Assembly (NCBI RefSeq): GCF_009914755.1
Contig: NC_060930.1
Strand: one strand, 5' to 3'
Length of the DNA: 64,000 nt
From: the human T2T-CHM13v2.0 reference genome, Homo sapiens
Part shown: positions 57,929-64,000 of the stretch, in pieces
Numbering within the stretch: the first letter of the stretch is position 1
How the letters are laid out: every line of letters starts with the position of its first letter
The notes under the pieces: generated by a model
The model's database searches: none
The model's input: only the letters and a program-made list of their open reading frames with translations
Told to the model about the DNA's origin: nothing
Translations under genes and position numbers: made by a program

Positions 57929-59400
57929 TGTGGTATAATAAAAAATAAATATTTGGTCCTTGTCCCCAGTACCTGTCACAGAGTTCCTAAAACCCTAGAA
58001 ATTTCCTAAGTAATAGAAATGTCCTTTGTGATTCATAATAAACCCCATGATAATACCTGGGTTTATGCTCCTGCAGACTTAGGGTGAGATCCCTAGATAG
58101 CTTCAAGATGGAACCAGTCACCAGCAAGTCCAAGAGATTAGGGGATCAAAGAGTTGGAACTTTCGGTACCACCCACCAAAGTCCAGGAAAGGAGGGTGGG
58201 ACTGGAGATTCAGCTCTACAAAAACTCTTGAACAAGATGTGAGGAGCTTTTTAGTTGCTGAGCATTTGGAGGTTCCTGGAGGGTGCACACCCAGGTAGGG
58301 CATGAAAGCTCCGCATTGCCCCCATATCTTGGCCTATCCATTCTTCACTTGGCTGTTCATCTATATCCTTTGTATAGCCTTTATAATAAACCAATGAGTG
58401 AGTTCTGTAAGCTGTCCTAGCAAGTTAATTGAAGCCAAGGAGGAAGTAATGGAAACCCCTGATTTATAGCCATTTAGCCAGAAGCACAACCTCAGGCTTG
58501 TGATCAGCCTGAAGTCAGGGCAGTCTTGTAGGATTGAGCCCTTAACCTATGGGATCTGACAATGTCTTGAGATAGTATCAGAATTGAATTCAATTATAGG
58601 ACACTCAGTTTGTGTTTTCTGGAGAATTGTTTGGTGTCTGGGGGAAATCCCACACACATCTGGTCACAGAAGTATTCTGTGTTCAGTGTGACAGTAGAAA
58701 AAGCAGTTTGTGTGTGTGTGTGTGTTTGTGCTTTTGTATGCTAATGAGATGATCTATGGCTGGGGGCCCTTAGATAGCTTCGGGAAGGGGGCTGGTCGCC
58801 AGAAAGACTAATTTATGACTAGAGGGTTAGAACTTTCAGCCCTACCTCTCCCACTTCTAGAGGGTAGATGGGCTACAGATTGAGTTTGGTCTCCAACAGC
58901 CAGTGAATTAATCAATCATGCCTTCACGATAAACCTTCATGAAGACCCCTAAACAACCAGATTCAGAGAGCTTCCAAGTTGGTGAACATATTGAGGTGCT
59001 GGGAAGGTGGTGCACATGGAGTGGGCATGGAAGCTTTGCCCATCCACTCCCATGCCTTGCCCTGTGCATCTCTTCACTTGCTTGTTCCCTAGTCGTATGC
59101 TTTATAATAAGCCAGTAAAGTGCTTTCCAAGTTCTGTGACTCGTTCTAGCCAATTATCAATCCCAAGGATAGGGTCATGGGAACCTCCAATTTATAACTA
59201 GTTGGTTGGGAATACAGGTGGCCCAGGACTCTCGACTGGTGTCTGAAGTGGGGGCAGTCTTGTGCATTTGAGCCTTCTCACTTGTGGGATCTGATGCTAA
59301 GTCCAGGTAGAGAATGTCAGAATGCATCTGAATTGTTGGACACCAAGTTGGTGTCCACACAGAATTGGGGAATTGGTTGATGTGAGGAAAAACCCTCCCA
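57929..59400 (+). mobile_element. Two adjacent MER21-family LTR segments (~57929-58725 and ~58730-59400) separated by (TG)n
   Basis: tttggtccttgtccccagtacctgtcacagagttcctaaaacc. Shared blocks (tagatagcttc, gggcagtcttgt, gggatctga, cagaattg) occur in both segments. Confidence 0.75.
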
Positions 59401-59599
59401 GCTACATAGGGAAATCACGGTTTTGGAAGATGAGCAGAAAAGGGTGGGAGGGAGAAGACAAGAGAGAAGAGGGTGAGGAAAGAGGCCAGGCAGCAGTCCA
59501 AGTGTGAGATGATAACACCTGAACTCTGGTAATTGAGGAGACCAAATCCACGGGAACCAGCTGCAAAAGGCATTCTGTCTGGTAGGTATAGGGCTAAGG

Positions 59600-60600
59600 G
59601 AGTAAACGTGGGGGTGAGACTGGGATCAAGTCCCCTTCCTACCACTTAGAATCTGTGGACTGGGAGCAGGTTATTTAATCTCATGAAACCTCCATTTCCA
59701 CATGTGTGAGGTATGTGATTGTTGTCTCCACCCCTAGGGTGCTGTGGGGTTTACAAGAGATAGTAGTGCACATAATGTGCTTAGCACAGGGCCAGCCCCT
59801 AGTAAGTGCCGGCTGTACTTGCCTTCTCTTTGCAGGGGTGGCTCAGGAGAGGGTGTAATCAAAAGATGATTATGAGGGTTCAAGCACCAGGCAATGGGAG
59901 AGTCAGCAGGTTTTAATGCTTCCACACAGAGGCTGGATTCTTCTACTTCCGCTTACCGCTGACAGCTGAGGCCTGCTACCTCAAGCCCTGAAATGCAGTC
60001 TGAAGACTTTTCCTGGACTTACTGGGCACCATTGGACTGTACAGGGCTGTGGCAGACAGGAGCAGTGGAAAGAGATTTGGATGGGACGTCAGAACACCCA
60101 GATTTTACTTCTTGGCTCTTCCACTTATTAGCTGTGTGAATTTGGCAGTGGTTTCCTTATCTATAAAATGGGGGAATTGGAGAGGGTGGTCTACTGCATG
60201 TTACTTCTCAGCACCTCAGCTCCTCCCCACCCCTCTCTCTTGCTTCTAATCTGCCTACATCACTTGGTTTGTCTCTGGACAAGTCTAAGTTTGCATGACA
60301 ACTCTCTAATTTCTCCTTCACAGTTATTTATTTATTTTTTGGCAGCTATTTCCTTGTGGAGAGATAGCGTAGGTCTTTCAGGTGCTTCCATTTGGCCACT
60401 GTTTGCAGGTGAAGAGGTTTCCAGGATGCTCGCGGGATGTTACTCTGGTAGTAACAGAAATGATGGCCTGGGGAATGGGAAGAGTATGAGCCCAGTTTTG
60501 AGCCTGAGTCTTTGGGGCTCATTTATTCATTCAATCTGCAAATCTTCATTCAGCATTACTACATGCCAGGCTCTCTGCTAAGTGCTGAGGATAGCGATCA
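59600..60600. mobile_element. MIR fragments (~59600-59820, ~60060-60180) and an L2 3' end (~60520-60600)
   Basis: gtgcttagcacagggcc, ccacttattagctgtgtga and ctcatttattcattcaa. Confidence 0.6.
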
Positions 60601-61930
60601 GGACCTGCTAGGGTGAAAATTACTCTTCAGAAGATAGCAGAGTGGATAATGGCCATTCGAGTTCCTCTTAACTACACAGAGGGACTGGGTAAGATCTATA
60701 AAGGAGAGAGGTTAAACAGCAAAGCAAAAGTGACTGAAATTCTAACACCCATGCATGGGGATTCTTGAGCTAAAGATCTGGTCTGTAGAAGAAGACACAT
60801 CAGACCCTCATATTTAGCATCTAAGCCGAAATCAGCAGTAAGCATGTTTCTTCTCCCATAAAAACTTGTCCCTAAGAAGAGAGACAAGTGCTTACAAGGA
60901 CTCTTATGTTAAAGGAAACTGTCACAATTACTTTATCTTCAGTCATGAAGCCTTTCTTGAGGAAAGAAAAATTAGCAATACTAGTTTGGGAAGCTTGAAA
61001 GAGAGATTCTGTTTGCAATGACACTTTTAAAAAGGCAACAACAACCAAAAAAGTAATTATTCCTAAAGCTCAGGTGTCAGAAGTTGTGAATGTCTAGGGG
61101 GTTGTGGATCCCCAACCTCAGAGACAGGAACAGCACCACTCCCATCCTGGGGCTGTGGCCTCAGGCCTCTGCTTCCTCTTTTTCAGTCTAAATTCCAGAG
61201 CAGAGAGGTGCTGGATGACCAGCTTCAGGCAGGGGAGGGAGGAAGTAAAGGTAGTTTCTCAGCTCATCTTGTCCTCGTACTATTAATAGCATCTGTTGTT
61301 TTCTTAACTGAAAATTGGAGAGAACCAAACAAATCAACATCATATTGGCGGCTTTCTGCACATCACTCACAAATACATCTGAATGCTCTGTACTCTCCAG
61401 TGTTTATTTTCCTCAGCCACATAATCGGAATTTGAACATTCTTTTGACACTTCTTTTCCCTCACTTGAATAATTAGTTCTATATATAATCCAAATATTAG
61501 CTGGAGCCCTCTAGCCCCTCAGAGATATAGTTGAACCTTCCTGGACCTCAATTAGTTGGGCAGTTAATTCTGAATGTTGATGTGCCTATTTTGCACGTAT
61601 GGAGAGTTTGTACGTCCCCCCTCCCCAAACAAGTAGAATGCTGTCTATTTGGTACTTGCTCATTCATACATTCTTTCAACAACCAAACCCAGTTGCAGCT
61701 GGGTTGAACCCCAGGGTGTTTCCTGCTATTCAGTGTGATGCCACATTCACCTGCTGTGGCCAACATTCCTTGGCCCAGGACTGCAGGGATGGAAGCCAAC
61801 CCAACATCAGAAGTGGGCAACAATGCCAGAAACCTATCAACCAAAACAAATGTAATTTGTAATCCTCCCTGGATGATGTTGAGTGATTGGCAACTGAGCC
61901 CCGTCATATAGTAAATCAGGCTGTCTCTCT

Positions 61931-62065
61931 TTAAAAAAGAGAGACAGAGAGAGAGAGAGTCTCCCAATGTTGCCTAGGCTGGTCTCAAACTCCTGGGCTC
62001 AAGCAATCATCCCTTCTTGCCTCCCAAAATGCTGGGATTACAGGCATGAGCCACCATGCCCAGCC
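61931..62065 (-). mobile_element. FLAM / Alu left monomer with (GA)n
   Basis: Single monomer with TSD AGGCTGTCTCT..TTA. Confidence 0.85.
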
Positions 62066-64000
62066 TAGGCTGTCTCTTTAGCTCTTCAATTATAGGGCTT
62101 CCTGCAACCTCAGCCCTTAACGAATGAGCTAGCGTGTAAGTGACTAGCTAAATAAATGTGCTGCAAACCTCTGACAAATGGCTTTTTGACATTATTAAAA
62201 TTTATTTATGTGGAACAAAAAAATTCTTTTCTTCTGCATCATGCATCCTACACTGCTTTTAAAGAAACTCTGCTATCCTTTGTTTTACCGTCTAACATTT
62301 CTTTGTTTCCCTTCTGACATGTTTCAGCCTCTTGTCATCACTTGGAACATTTTTACTGCCTCATCCCTCTAGTTTCCATTTCCTAGCCTAGCCCAGCCCA
62401 GTATTTTTGAAACCCAAATACCTGGAATTTTGCCTGATGTTTAAAGCCAAAACCAAATGAAAATGTGAAGAACCAAAGGAGATTTTATTCTTCTGTGACT
62501 CAAAATCCTGTTGTTATTGTTAAATGAACCCTGTGGGATACAGTCTGGTATTTTTAACACCTTCTGGGGGTATTTGTCAATATTTACATTTGATGTGGAT
62601 AGCTTATAAAAGTCCAGTGGCTTTGGGTAAACCCTGTTCACTAAGAATAAGACCCAGAAGGTCATATGAATCAACGATCAAAGAATGAAGATATTCTGAA
62701 TCCAAGTTTCTTGTTTTGATTGTTAAAAATACCTTGCAATTAGTTAGGCATGAGAGAAAGCTTGTGTATAAAGTTTGGCTTGTAATTCACATGAATTCTC
62801 TATACAGGCCAAAAACTACCTTCCCTTTGGGAATATACAATGACCTTATTTGGAAATTACTTCAGGTAATTATGAAGTAATAATATCTCTATTCATATGC
62901 TAAAAAGAATTCAAAATAACATTCAATTATCATCTCTTAGAAACTAAATTAAACGGGTACTCACCCAAGTTGAAATGCAAACAAATGCATGATATCATTA
63001 TGTGACCCTCCCCTAGCCCTTACCCTGTCCATGGCAGATGCTAAGAAAAACTTGTCCCTAAGAAGAGAGAAGTCAATTGATTTAGTCAGCCTTTCCCACT
63101 GTGTTTGGACTGAGCCTCAGAACCCTCCTTATCCCCATACTGCAAGGAGTTACTGTCAATCAACTAGAGATGGCGCTCAAGATAAAATTATTTTCCATCC
63201 TGTACTAATATAATAATAAGCATGGAATCTATTTATTGGTTTTTTCACAACAATAAAATATATCTTTAGCAAGTAACAAATGGTAGAGGTAATACTTTTA
63301 GATAAAGAGGGAAGAATCCTTCTGACTTTTCTCTTTATCACATTTTACCCACACACAATGTGGATGGAATCTGCAACTGAATTTAGCAGTCACACTGAAA
63401 CTCTGCTGCATGACCACACTGTCCTGAGGCCATGTGCCAACTTCTATGTTTTTTTTTCCCAAAGCTCTTCCAAGGAAGAGCTGCCACTTCTCCATTTACT
63501 CTTTTCACCTGTAAATGAATGCTGCCGTTGGTATTGAGAAAATGGGTGAATGAAAGAAATCATGAGAACACTCCTGGGGTGAGAGCAAGAGGAATGAAAA
63601 CACGTGGTGTGAGAGCAGGTCAGAGATGGTGGTTAACACAGGAACCAGGATGGAGGCCTCAGACTTGACCCTGGCCTGCAGGACGTTGGCCTGCATTGTC
63701 TGCAGGAGGAAACACAGAGGTCAGTGGATATCCTGCGGTCTTCCATTAAGGCCTCTTACTATTCTGGAACATTTTATTTTTATAGAGAAATCTCCCACTT
63801 CCTGATCTCCCCAGTTAGAATTGATTGATCAAAGCAGTCCCTCTCCCTGTTATTAAATAATTAAATAATATGCATTAGTTGATCCCTATAACCACTTAAA
63901 ATGTATCTAACACAGGAGAAATCTTTGGTAAATATTTACTGAATGAATGAACAAATAAATAATTGGAGGGAGGGAGAAAGAGACAGAGTTAAATCCTGAG

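Larger units (their letters stand above)
53278..64000 (+). other. NT5E: NT5E intron 1 (partial)
   Basis: Begins GTAAGA. The exon-2 peptide (ALGNHEFD...) is not seen in the window. Confidence 0.92.

Overview
Human (primate) genomic DNA at the NT5E (CD73, ecto-5'-nucleotidase) locus. The window holds about 52 kb of repeat-dense upstream DNA, the CpG-island promoter, coding exon 1 (52939-53277, 113 codons) and the first 10.7 kb of intron 1. Exon 2 is not in the window. Nearly all other ORF-track entries are repeat-derived or chance ORFs. The most striking structure is a nested retrotransposition stack at 28.9-32 kb. There an old L1 ORF2 endonuclease region is split by two full-length, same-strand processed pseudogenes whose ends lie about 30 bp apart: DUT (dUTPase; absent from the ORF track and itself split by an Alu) and TPT1. 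Other hidden features are a tandemly duplicated 45-nt U5 snRNA retro-fragment, a solo HERV-H LTR7 followed directly by a splice donor and an AP-1/octamer cluster, three MER41A LTR copies lacking the STAT1 segment, a perfect 4-unit heat-shock element and several template-switch-like scars. I see no evidence for a wholly new biological system. Repeat subfamily names and parent-gene comparisons come from recalled consensus sequences and need RepeatMasker/BLAST confirmation.
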